A stretch of DNA of 64,000 bases from a virus (lineage: Duplodnaviria; Caudoviricetes), in the IMG/VR virus record IMGVR_UViG_3300042260_000337; one strand, given 5' to 3'. Every line of letters begins with the position of its first letter. The stretch's first letter is position 1. Below the pieces are notes generated by a model that worked only from the letters and a program-made list of their open reading frames with translations, searched no databases and was not told where the DNA came from. Shown piece after piece: positions 47,932-56,657 of the stretch. A program made the position numbers and the translations under genes.

Positions 47932-49062
47932 TTACCTGTATTTTTTGAATATTGGGTGGACTTCCAATAGCTTCGTGTTACGTGAAGTATCAAGTCTGTC
48001 GTTGATGGAAAAGAATTTAGAAAAATCAGCTTCTTCATTTGTAATAGATTGTAATATACTCAACAGTCTATTTACAGTATCATAGTCATTTTGATTTAGG
48101 CAATTTACTTCTTTTATTTTATCTATTTGAGTAGCCATTTCATAGTTACTCCATTGATCTATTTTTAGATATTCTGGAGAATGTATTTTATCAAAGTATA
48201 AAAACCATTTAGGGAACTGAGAAGAAAAGTAACTATATATATCAAATACTCTATAAACGTTCAACACATTTATCACGGTGTGTATAGCAAATTTCATATT
48301 ATCAAAACAGAGTTCCTCGTATTTTTTCATATTTGAAATTACGACATCGAAGTTGCCATCAGTTCTGAAATAATTATAATGCTCAGTTATATCATCGACT
48401 GATACAATTAGATGGATTTGTTTTGCTTTTCGCAGTGAATTCAAAATACTATCGGTCGGTAATACAGACCCATTTGTTACTATCTCAATAGAAATGTTCT
48501 GTATTAGATTATTATCATCCAGCATATGAATTAGCTTACCAAATGATTTAGACAATATTGGCTCACCGCCTAATATCTTTATTTTTTCAATGTTTTTTAG
48601 AGAATGAAAATCAATTGATGATATATCTGGTTCTTGTAGTATTCGGTCTGGAACCCAATTTCCAAGCATAATGTCATCTTGTTTCCACCGACTACTACTT
48701 GCCGTTTTACAATGTCTACATTTCATATTACAATGATTACTGAACGCAATTTCAATACTTGTTATGTCAGAGTTTGGGTCACCAGTTATTTTTTGGTGCT
48801 GTAACATGTAATTATGAAACTGACGCATACTGGTTGCGCCACTATCTTCTTCGTTCCAGCAATGGTAGCAACCTTCATCACGAATGCCGTTTTTTAAGTT
48901 TTCTCTAACTGAAACCAAGTATGGGTCATTGAATGTTTCTGTAATAGTTTTACCATCCAGAAACAGTCTTTTATCGTGAAGTGGAGAATACCTACAGCAA
49001 GGATTCACCTCACCCATAGTATTGATAGCAAGGTGTGTTTCACTCAGCAAGCATCGTGTCAT
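47932..49062 (-). CDS. Radical SAM protein with N-terminal SPASM/twitch-like domain
   Basis: PCC..C..CW..E; CNMKCRHC; ILGGEP; VTNG. Confidence 0.85.
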   Translation of the reverse strand: MTRCLLSETHLAINTMGEVNPCCRYSPLHDKRLFLDGKTITETFNDPYLVSVRENLKNGIRDEGCYHCWNEEDSGATSMRQFHNYMLQHQKITGDPNSDITSIEIAFSNHCNMKCRHCKTASSSRWKQDDIMLGNWVPDRILQEPDISSIDFHSLKNIEKIKILGGEPILSKSFGKLIHMLDDNNLIQNISIEIVTNGSVLPTDSILNSLRKAKQIHLIVSVDDITEHYNYFRTDGNFDVVISNMKKYEELCFDNMKFAIHTVINVLNVYRVFDIYSYFSSQFPKWFLYFDKIHSPEYLKIDQWSNYEMATQIDKIKEVNCLNQNDYDTVNRLLSILQSITNEEADFSKFFSINDRLDTSRNTKLLEVHPIFKKYR

Positions 49063-49883
49063 TTGTTTCCATAAATTTTAGAAAGTGTAGATGGTCCTGC
49101 GACTCCATCCGCTGCCAACCCATTGTTGAGTTGAAATCTCATCACTGCTTCTTTTGTTGCAGGACCAAAGTTTCCGTCTGCAACTAGTCCAAGTGCTTGC
49201 TGTAGCTTTACAACATCATTTCCAGTTGAACCAAGTTTTAGTGTTGTAGATTTTGATTCTGAAATTTTCCCACCCAAAACAGAAAGTGCTTTGTTGTAAT
49301 ATTTCATTCTGTCTTCAAGACCGTTGAACCCGCCATTGATACGTCTGGTAAGAGCTTTCATGTCTTGTGCATCTGCCAGTGCGTTCAGATTATTTTTTGC
49401 CCAAAACCAGCAAGCAGATTCAATCGCACCTTCTTTGGTTTCAAGATATGAGATTGCTTGGTCTATAGTCATGTTCACAGACTTGGCAAAAGCTGTGTAA
49501 TTATCTTTTCCGGTGAGTTGTATCAACCCACGACCACGATGTTTCCAGCCATCATTTGGCTCAGTGTTACCCATGCGACCAGCATATACTATGTTCGCAA
49601 TCTTCTCTGGTTGACGAGCATATGCGTTTGCATCACGACCAGCATTGACAAAATACTTTGGAAATACTCTGTTCAAACCGTCTGCGGAATAGATCAAATT
49701 TTCTTGAACGACCGTGAATTGACCGCTCTCATGAGCACACTGTGCGAGGAAAGCAGCAACTCTAAGTGGCGAAGTAATATCGTATTTTGGTAATATTTTA
49801 GATAGTGGGTCATACCAAGAACCAGCATCTTTATTGTTTGAAAGTATAGAACACAATTGTTCTTTTGTTATAGGCAATGACAT
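49059..49883 (-). CDS. GH19 (chitinase-like) endolysin with C-terminal peptidoglycan-binding domain
   Basis: AAFLAQCAHES, ENL.YS, RGRGLIQLTGKDNY, RRINGG.NGL.DR; LQQALG..DG.FGP.T..AV..FQ..GL..DG.AG..T. Confidence 0.9.
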   Translation of the reverse strand: MSLPITKEQLCSILSNNKDAGSWYDPLSKILPKYDITSPLRVAAFLAQCAHESGQFTVVQENLIYSADGLNRVFPKYFVNAGRDANAYARQPEKIANIVYAGRMGNTEPNDGWKHRGRGLIQLTGKDNYTAFAKSVNMTIDQAISYLETKEGAIESACWFWAKNNLNALADAQDMKALTRRINGGFNGLEDRMKYYNKALSVLGGKISESKSTTLKLGSTGNDVVKLQQALGLVADGNFGPATKEAVMRFQLNNGLAADGVAGPSTLSKIYGNK

Positions 49884-49929
49884 ATGCGCCTCCTATGCTT
49901 GATATGATATTTATCATATTAGCATCCGA

Positions 49930-50172
49930 TTATGCGTATGTCATTGCGAATACCGCAGCATCAAACTCGGTATCAAATCTTATCTTTCGTTCTCTATTAT
50001 ATTGAATGACTGTAGCGCCGTTGTCAAATAGCCAGTTTTCAAACTCTTGGCAGACTTTATGCGCTCTCCATTGTGAAGAATACAAGGCTCCACGATACTG
50101 AACCCCGTTGCGCTCCATCCACTTTTCCCATATGTCATCTAACACATGACTTTCAAGTAGTATCGCCATCAT
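49930..50172 (-). CDS. Hypothetical protein
   Basis: 80 aa ORF. Confidence 0.5.
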   Translation of the reverse strand: MMAILLESHVLDDIWEKWMERNGVQYRGALYSSQWRAHKVCQEFENWLFDNGATVIQYNRERKIRFDTEFDAAVFAMTYA

Positions 50173-50809
50173 ATACCCAAGGGTTTTCTACTTCGTTTAT
50201 CAATACTGCTTCATAAATCTTTTTGATTTTTACATGTTGAAGCATCATCGCAGCATAAGAAACTTGCTCATAGGTTTCAAAATATATTGGTTCCGTAGAG
50301 TAAATAGAAATTGTATACGGCGTCCATTTTCCGTTGTCTTTGACATTTAGGGTATCCATGACATCAGTTACAGATTGTGTTGCTGCGTCTCTGTCATTAT
50401 AGCTTTGGCAAGCAATCATCATCTTGTAACGATACATGCCATGATAAAGACCTTTGCGAAGTTCTGCGTTAGTGTTCAATCCACCATACACAGAACTCAA
50501 ATCTTTACGATAAGGAACAGTGGCTTCTTCTATGAACTGTGCATAGTTCTCGCACAAATACTGGAAAACATATTCGTCTTCCAAGAAATAAGAATGACAC
50601 ATTTCAACACGAGTTTTATAATCAACTGCCTCTTTTTTCAAATACCAATCTACATTCTTGAAAGCAGCACGAATGTCTTTGTATCGCTCATTATATTCGT
50701 CGCTATCATAACTGTTTCCATTATGATATGCATAATACGATGGGCTTTGAAATTTTATGCGATAGGGATACTTATTAAAGTATAGCTTTATTGTTTCTGT
50801 TTTTTTCAT
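50153..50809 (-). CDS. Hypothetical protein
   Basis: 218 aa ORF. Confidence 0.6.
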   Translation of the reverse strand: MKKTETIKLYFNKYPYRIKFQSPSYYAYHNGNSYDSDEYNERYKDIRAAFKNVDWYLKKEAVDYKTRVEMCHSYFLEDEYVFQYLCENYAQFIEEATVPYRKDLSSVYGGLNTNAELRKGLYHGMYRYKMMIACQSYNDRDAATQSVTDVMDTLNVKDNGKWTPYTISIYSTEPIYFETYEQVSYAAMMLQHVKIKKIYEAVLINEVENPWVYDGDTT

Positions 50810-51166
50810 TTACCATACCGTTGCAAAAAATAAAGCATCATCATTATCCTCAAACATAAAAAGTGGTCCCGCAACATAAAATGGAGATTTGCAGTTATCT
50901 TTGCACCATTCAATCATTTCTTTGCGAGTAGCAGAATTAGAATCCAAATAGACAGGAGTATATCCCATATTTTTGTATTCGTTGACTTCTTTGATTTGTT
51001 GTTTCAAATATTCAATCATCATTGACTGACTATTTGATTTACCATTTGACCTGCCACTTGTAACAATAGACATTTCTCCTGCCTTCACTCCGTAGCTGTT
51101 GTTCATCAGCTTTTTTAGCACAATGTTTTTCAGCGCAATACTTACGTCAGTTTTCATGGTCCCCAA
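50810..51166 (-). CDS. Hypothetical protein
   Basis: 118 aa ORF. Confidence 0.5.
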   Translation of the reverse strand: MGTMKTDVSIALKNIVLKKLMNNSYGVKAGEMSIVTSGRSNGKSNSQSMMIEYLKQQIKEVNEYKNMGYTPVYLDSNSATRKEMIEWCKDNCKSPFYVAGPLFMFEDNDDALFFATVW

Positions 51167-51459
51167 CTCACAAAATCAACTTGTTCTGCCACAAATAGCA
51201 TACGAGTGAACTCATCTTCATCAAACTCCGTGTTGTAGTCTCGTGACTTGATAACCCGAATAGGTTCATCATTCACTTGAAGCCAAACTTTATCTGCATT
51301 TTGCGCTCTGCCCATACTAGCATCGGAAAATGCAAAACCCTCATCATTGAATAGTCTTGGGTGTTTCACTGTCATTTGAGCAAGAGGCAAGCCAAAATGC
51401 TCGGCAACATGATGTGAATATCGATACCAGTATCTTACTGTTGCGTTCTCATAAATCAT
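51154..51459 (-). CDS. Hypothetical protein
   Basis: 101 aa ORF. Confidence 0.5.
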   Translation of the reverse strand: MIYENATVRYWYRYSHHVAEHFGLPLAQMTVKHPRLFNDEGFAFSDASMGRAQNADKVWLQVNDEPIRVIKSRDYNTEFDEDEFTRMLFVAEQVDFVSWGP

Positions 51460-51518
51460 AGTATACTCAGGTTGATGCTTTACTCTACATTTATATATGA
51501 TTTCTAAATGGTTGTCAA

Positions 51519-51544
51519 TAAAAAAACGCCCCGAAGGGCGTTTT
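51519..51544 (-). terminator. Rho-independent terminator
   Basis: AAAACGCCC-TTCG-GGGCGTTTTTTT. Confidence 0.8.
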
Positions 51545-51780
51545 GGTGAGAAGAAAAGTAAGTAACAGACACAGCAATCAACAACGGCCTATACGCCACT
51601 CAAGCAATACGCAATCTACAATCTGCAATCAAACCCTAATACCGACCATCAAAATGCAAGTCCGTTGGAATATCGGATAATAATGTCGGAACATGGCAGA
51701 AAAGAATGCAAAACCTTGCTTTCATATGAACGTTTTTGTAACTTGACAGTTACGAGTCTGTCCTAATCTCTTTCCTTCTC
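51544..51780 (-). ncRNA. Candidate 237-nt structured RNA ending in 11-bp stem + ACCA
   Basis: GAGAAGGAAAG / CTTTTCTTCTC-A-CCA; internal GTAACT-GTCA-AGTTAC, ACAGAC/GTCTGT; 7-nt GAUUG repeats. Confidence 0.55.
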
Positions 51781-51809
51781 CAAGAGGAACCCAAAGGTTC
51801 CTCTATTTC

Positions 51810-52373
51810 TTACAGCACAGATGCTTCCCGTAGAACGGCGAGTGCATCGTCCGATAGTTCAATCTGAACGCGCACGTTCAGTTCAAGGAGTTCGTCCTGA
51901 ATAGCTTGCTTGCGAAGTTTCAGTTCAGCAAGGCGGTTTTTGATTTCCGAAAGTTCGGCTTCATCAAAAATAGATGTGCGAATTTCTTCGTCAAAGCGAC
52001 CATAAGGGTCAGCCTCACGTCCCTTGATTTTGCCAATCTTACCGATTAGCACATCATGGGGAACCGCTGGTGCGATTCCAGAAATACGCTTCATAAGCAC
52101 AATCTCTTTTTCAAGACGTGCAACCGCAGCAAGGCGGGCAGAAATGCCATGTGCTTCGTTCTGTGAGCCAACAGCAACACGAATGTCGTAAAGAACATTC
52201 AGAAGTTGGTCACGAGTTGCAAGAGCAGCACCGAACTTGCTTTTTGCAAGGCTGATTTTGTCCGTAGGACGTTCAAACTCATTGATTGAAACTTCTGTAA
52301 CCAATGGAAGTGCATTGATTGCATCGTTTACTGCACGTTGAATAGCGTCTGCTTTGCGTAGAGAGATTTTCAT
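51810..52373 (-). CDS. All-helical coiled-coil protein (weak resemblance to DIP1984-type family)
   Basis: MKISLRKA..Q ... IQDELLELNVRVQIEL; SD GAGG before 52373. Confidence 0.55.
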   Translation of the reverse strand: MKISLRKADAIQRAVNDAINALPLVTEVSINEFERPTDKISLAKSKFGAALATRDQLLNVLYDIRVAVGSQNEAHGISARLAAVARLEKEIVLMKRISGIAPAVPHDVLIGKIGKIKGREADPYGRFDEEIRTSIFDEAELSEIKNRLAELKLRKQAIQDELLELNVRVQIELSDDALAVLREASVL

Positions 52374-52425
52374 TTCATTTCCTCGTTTGATTATTTTACT
52401 AATATACATGTAAGTGGTTGATTTG

Positions 52426-52614
52426 TCAAGGTTTTTTTTGAAGTTCAGCTATTTTTTCTTTTGCATCCAACACGTTGTGTAATGCGAAATCAAGAAGATA
52501 ATCTCCTTGTAATGGGTTGCCATTGTTGTGTTCCAAATACAAACGTAGATTTGATATGGCAGTCTCCACATAATCTTCTACTGTATTTTTTGTTGCTAAT
52601 GCAAACAGACCCAT
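52426..52614 (-). CDS. Hypothetical protein
   Basis: 62 aa ORF. Confidence 0.5.
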   Translation of the reverse strand: MGLFALATKNTVEDYVETAISNLRLYLEHNNGNPLQGDYLLDFALHNVLDAKEKIAELQKKP

Positions 52615-52631
52615 ATTGTTTTCCTTGAAAA

Positions 52632-52708
52632 TGGTGCCCCCGGCAGGATTCGAACCCGCAACAGTCGGTTTCGAAGACCGATGCTCTATCCAGTTGAACT
52701 ACAGAGGC
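52632..52708 (-). tRNA. tRNA-Arg(UCG)
   Basis: Cloverleaf, TCGGT-CTTCGAA-ACCGA, T-loop TTCGAAT, encoded CCA. Confidence 0.92.
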
Positions 52709-52714
52709 GTTATT

Positions 52715-53347
52715 TTAGTATAGACGATTTTCAACGTCAAAAGTGGTGATTGGACCTTTTTTGCCTTTCTCATAAACCCCAACACAAAGTCGGTTTGAGT
52801 AGAATGCTCCACAATCCAAGTTACAACGATTTATCGCAAAAATAGGACCATCGCCATGCGGGGTGTGACCATGGTTCAAATACATAGTCGGATGGTCAAA
52901 TGATGCATACCTACCACGTCTGCGCCAAATCATTGCGTGTTCAAGTTGCTGGCGTTCCTCAAGATGTTCATCCCAGTCGGCATGAACAAATATATTTTCA
53001 TCTTCGATGTGATAGATTTTTAGTTTGTTGATCCAACGCAATACTTCGTCGTCAATAAGTCCACCAAAACTATCCAGAACCTTTGGGTCATATAACTGAT
53101 TAGATGAGCACCAATCATACATCAACATATCTTCATGGTTGCCTTTGAGGCAAATGTATTCCCAACCAGCAGGAGGAACATCCATTAGATAGCGGACAAC
53201 ACCACCACTGTCTGGGCCACGGTCAACATAATCACCAAGGAAAATAATCTTTCCAGAATCTTGGCGTGAGAATATTTCCTTTAGTGCAAGATCAAGTAAA
53301 TCTTTTCTTCCATGTATATCTGGTATTGCGTAATATATTTCACTCAT
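52715..53347 (-). CDS. Metallophosphoesterase (lambda-type Ser/Thr phosphatase family)
   Basis: DIHG, GDYVDRG, GNHE, HGHTP, LDCGA. Confidence 0.9.
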   Translation of the reverse strand: MSEIYYAIPDIHGRKDLLDLALKEIFSRQDSGKIIFLGDYVDRGPDSGGVVRYLMDVPPAGWEYICLKGNHEDMLMYDWCSSNQLYDPKVLDSFGGLIDDEVLRWINKLKIYHIEDENIFVHADWDEHLEERQQLEHAMIWRRRGRYASFDHPTMYLNHGHTPHGDGPIFAINRCNLDCGAFYSNRLCVGVYEKGKKGPITTFDVENRLY

Positions 53348-53366
53348 AATGAATCTTTCTAAATAT

Positions 53367-53523
53367 TGGTCAAGTGGGAAGGACTTGAACCTTCAACTGA
53401 ATCGCAGCTTACACATACTCTTGCAAATGGGTTCGTCTCGAGCCTACTACCATCCACTCAATGTGCCTCACTGAAACTCCACGGCCCCTAATGCCGCTGC
53501 GTCTACCATTTCGCCACCACTCG
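53367..53523 (-). tRNA. tRNA-Leu(UAG)-like RNA with 86-nt variable arm (157 nt)
   Basis: Acceptor CGAGTGG/CCACTTG-A-CCA, Leu-type D-arm, GCGGC-ATTAGGG-GCCGT, T-arm GAAGG-TTCAAGT-CCTTC. Confidence 0.75.
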
Positions 53524-53542
53524 TAAGACGATTTTGAGAAAG

Positions 53543-53704
53543 TCAGCCCTTGTCAAAATCGTCTTGGGATTTATTACCCTTACGCAACTCAACCTTATCA
53601 TCACGGCGTTGCGCTTTTTTGCTCTTACCATGAGCACCGCTCTTTTTCGTAATCAAATGTTGCACGAAGGGATTACGAGCCTTCGGTAGTTTCTTTCGTT
53701 TCAT
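53543..53704 (-). CDS. Small highly basic protein (53 aa, MKRKKLPKARNPFVQHLITKKSGAHGKSKKAQRR...)
   Basis: Read manually; SD GGAG. Confidence 0.55.
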   Translation of the reverse strand: MKRKKLPKARNPFVQHLITKKSGAHGKSKKAQRRDDKVELRKGNKSQDDFDKG

Positions 53705-53982
53705 TTGTAATCTCCTTGATTTCTACCTTTGCTGTTGATTTATCAACTTCACTTGCATGGACAAATGCCATTGCATCTTCTTTTTTTGTGGTGATTGCCA
53801 CTATTTCATCGTCAACAGTCACCACAAACATTATTCTGTTTTCTCCGTTTCATAAGGAATGAACTCAACCGTCCATTTACCATCAGACCAAGTTTTCAGA
53901 TGTTTCATCCAATACTTGAGTTTGCCATACTTCTTCTGATGAAGACGAGTAAGGTAGGAAAGATTTCCACTATGGATATTGC

Positions 53983-54156
53983 TCATTCTTTGCTCCATTC
54001 GTAAACATCATCAAAGTCAAGACCTTGGGATTTCAGGTCGCTGGCGATTTTCTTAACTTCTTCAAGGTCACCGTCAAAACCAAGGTCTTCACGAATTGCT
54101 TCTTCGGTTTCACCGTGGAAGAACCAGCAGACAGCTTCTTTGAAAATCTTGGTCAT
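53983..54156 (-). CDS. Small acidic hypothetical protein
   Basis: Follows motif promoter 54191. Confidence 0.5.
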   Translation of the reverse strand: MTKIFKEAVCWFFHGETEEAIREDLGFDGDLEEVKKIASDLKSQGLDFDDVYEWSKE

Positions 54157-54206
54157 TTCGTCTCTCCCTCTTACTTGTATAGGTATACAGTGATTCGTGG
54201 AAAGAG

Positions 54207-54377
54207 TCAATAGTCTTTTACTATTTTCAGAGAAGTTTCTGCTTGAATAGCATCTGCTTCATCAATCGCTTCTTGTTCGGATAAACCAGAAAGTTCATCC
54301 CAGTTATCAGACCCAACCACCTTCACCGAAAAGGTGTCATCTTCCGAGTCTTGATAGATTGAAATATAAGATTTCAT
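54207..54377 (-). CDS. Small acidic hypothetical protein
   Basis: Start set at MKSYISIY. Confidence 0.45.
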   Translation of the reverse strand: MKSYISIYQDSEDDTFSVKVVGSDNWDELSGLSEQEAIDEADAIQAETSLKIVKDY

Positions 54378-54381
54378 TTCA

Positions 54382-54648
54382 TCACACGCGGGCAAAAGAA
54401 CGGCCAGAAAAGGCTTCAAGAATACCGTAATACCAATTTTCATTTGTATCACGAAGAATCGTAAGAGGGGCTTTGTCATTCGCCATTTCAGAAAAGTAAC
54501 TCTCAACCGTATGATTGGCAATCAATTCTTTCAAGAACTTTGCTTTAGTGAACGGGCTACCACGGTGTTTGAAACGAGCAACAAACTTGCCCTCGTAACG
54601 AACATATTCACCAGAAGTTTCGAACTTAGCTTTTACAAACTTCGTCAT
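54382..54648 (-). CDS. Hypothetical protein
   Basis: Follows motif promoter 54682; start MTKFVK. Confidence 0.55.
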   Translation of the reverse strand: MTKFVKAKFETSGEYVRYEGKFVARFKHRGSPFTKAKFLKELIANHTVESYFSEMANDKAPLTILRDTNENWYYGILEAFSGRSFARV

Positions 54649-54717
54649 TTCGTATCTCCTTCTCACAGTATGTTTATATACTGATTCGTGAAAGAAGTCA
54701 ACTACATTGTTGGAAAA

Positions 54718-54792
54718 TGGTGCTGCGAAAGAGGATTGAACTCTTGACCTCTTCATTACCAATGAAGTGCTCTACCACTGAGCTACCGCAGC
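54718..54792 (-). tRNA. tRNA-Thr(GGU)
   Basis: CTTCA-TTGGTAA-TGAAG; CCA. Confidence 0.92.
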
Positions 54793-54802
54793 ATAAAAGT
54801 AT

Positions 54803-55444
54803 TTATCGTCTTACTACCCAACCACGAAAGTTATAGCTTTGCCAAACTTGGTCTGCATGACCAAGATATTTCAATTCTTCGGTGATTTCGGCATTAGTCA
54901 AACAAAACATCTTACCAATCAAACTGTAATCTTTATCCAAAATCTCAGTATCGGTGAAGTGTTTTCGTTTTTGGTTGTAGTGTTCTTTTGTCATGATAGA
55001 GTTTAGTTTGGCGGTATCACTGAATACCTTTTCGGCAAGTAGCAGTGTTGCACCGTTGTCTATCAACTCTTTCAACTTTTTTACAACTTGTCGGCGTTTG
55101 TATTTACCAAGAAACTGTAACGTGAACATAGATACGATCAGGTCAACGGATGTAAAGTTTTCCAATGCAGTGATTACATCTTGGTTGAGAAACACAAAAT
55201 TTTTATCAGACGCCATTTCAACTACGTCAATACCTACGTAGAAGCCCTCTGTTGAGGCAGAGAGGTCATTGAGAAACTTACCAGTGCTACATCCAATGTC
55301 AACGCACTGACCCTCTGGTGGCATGTATTCAAGGGCTATGGCTCTAAAAACGTCATATAGTCCTTGGTAGTTTGGAATAGAAAGGTTGATGTGATTGTCG
55401 AAATCTTCAACCTTCTGAAAGTCAAACTTGTTGTGCATCATCAA
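54803..55444 (-). CDS. cmoA: CmoA-like (carboxy-SAM synthase family) SAM-dependent protein
   Basis: F....FD.HI..SIPNY, DIGCSTG, FTLQFL, AEK, EI..K..L..M, VWQSYNF align with CmoA. Confidence 0.75.
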   Translation of the reverse strand: MMMHNKFDFQKVEDFDNHINLSIPNYQGLYDVFRAIALEYMPPEGQCVDIGCSTGKFLNDLSASTEGFYVGIDVVEMASDKNFVFLNQDVITALENFTSVDLIVSMFTLQFLGKYKRRQVVKKLKELIDNGATLLLAEKVFSDTAKLNSIMTKEHYNQKRKHFTDTEILDKDYSLIGKMFCLTNAEITEELKYLGHADQVWQSYNFRGWVVRR

Positions 55445-56315
55445 ATTCCCGTATCAACTCACCAACATGCTGAATGACATTTACCGTCATTCCATTATAC
55501 ACGAACTTTTGAGTATCGGTTAGGTCGCAACCATCAAACCAATCAATTGGGAACGACTGTAGAAGTAGTCGTTCAGTTGGAGTAACCCTGCGTATTCTAT
55601 TTTCAGTGATTACCAAATCTGTAAACTGTTTATAGTCTCGTTTACAAAGAGTTGATGCTAATCCTGATTCGGTAAATTCTGCATTGCTTTGACGAGTGAT
55701 GTAGGTAAAGGCTTCTTGCCCTCTTTCTGGCTTCGCCTCAAAACTCCACTCAAAGCCTTGTGAGATAGATTCCACTTTTCTTCTGTGTTCGTCAGTATCA
55801 CGTTCTCTAAACTTGAAGATTTCGGTTCCAAGGGGGATTCCGTCACGGACGGCCACAATGTAAACTCTACGTCTTCGTTGGGGAACTCCAAAAAACTTGG
55901 AGTCGTAGATTGTCCAAGTCGCATCGTACCCGATTTGGGCAAGGTCGTGTAGGACGACTTCAATTCCTCTGCCAAGGATTGCAAAGACGTTTTCAATGAT
56001 CGCATATTTTGGTTTCCCTTCATCTATAAGTCGTAGATACTCTTTCCATAATCCAGAACGTTCACCAGTAATGCCAGCACCTTTTCCACCTACAGAAATG
56101 TCTTGGCAAGGGAACCCCCCGCACATAACATCATACTCTCCACCTTTCAGTGAGAGAGTTTTTACGTTGTCAAAAATAACAGCGTTAGGAAAATTCTTTT
56201 TTAGAACCCGTGTGGCTGGTTCTTCGATTTCACACATGGCAGTTATATCAAACCCTGCGCGTTGAAGCCCAAGTTCAAAGCCACCGATTCCACTGAATAG
56301 TCCTAATACTTTCAT
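55422..56315 (-). CDS. C5-cytosine DNA methyltransferase-family enzyme
   Basis: LFSGIGG, GGFPCQD, ENV, QRRRRVYIV, RR.TP.E...LQ.FP. Confidence 0.9.
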   Translation of the reverse strand: MKVLGLFSGIGGFELGLQRAGFDITAMCEIEEPATRVLKKNFPNAVIFDNVKTLSLKGGEYDVMCGGFPCQDISVGGKGAGITGERSGLWKEYLRLIDEGKPKYAIIENVFAILGRGIEVVLHDLAQIGYDATWTIYDSKFFGVPQRRRRVYIVAVRDGIPLGTEIFKFRERDTDEHRRKVESISQGFEWSFEAKPERGQEAFTYITRQSNAEFTESGLASTLCKRDYKQFTDLVITENRIRRVTPTERLLLQSFPIDWFDGCDLTDTQKFVYNGMTVNVIQHVGELIREFDDAQQV

Positions 56316-56358
56316 TTTTACCTCATTTTATACATCATATCAAAAAAACTCAAATAAG

Positions 56359-56550
56359 TCAAGCCACTAAAAAGTTGGCATCTTCCAAATCTTCTCGTAG
56401 GACAAAATCATCAGGAAGTTCAACAGTCTTTCCTTCCATCACGCTTTCAATAAGTCTTTTACTTTCAAGTAAACTTTTTCCAGTGTGCTTTCTAACGGCA
56501 TTTATAGCAGAATATGAGTTTGCTCTATGTTTGCATCCTATAATAAGCAT
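56359..56550 (-). CDS. Ribosomal protein bL12 (L7/L12) C-terminal-domain-like protein
   Basis: AN...INAVRKHTGKSLLESKRLIES ... LEDA vs bL12 [27 protein letters not shown] ... LEEA; 63 aa, no N-terminal domain. Confidence 0.7.
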   Translation of the reverse strand: MLIIGCKHRANSYSAINAVRKHTGKSLLESKRLIESVMEGKTVELPDDFVLREDLEDANFLVA

Positions 56551-56573
56551 TTCCTTTCTCCTTTAGAATAATA

Positions 56574-56649
56574 TGGTCCCCAAGGACGGAATCGAACCGC
56601 CGACACCATGCTCTTCAGGCAAGTGCTCTACCAACTGAGCTACTTGGGG
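56574..56649 (-). tRNA. tRNA-Phe(GAA)
   Basis: Loop CTGAAGA; CCA. Confidence 0.9.
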
Positions 56650-56657
56650 ACAACCAG

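Noticed and set aside
53543-53704. ArfA-like ribosome-rescue factor
   Set aside because: Basic, but lacks the ArfA KKGKGS motif
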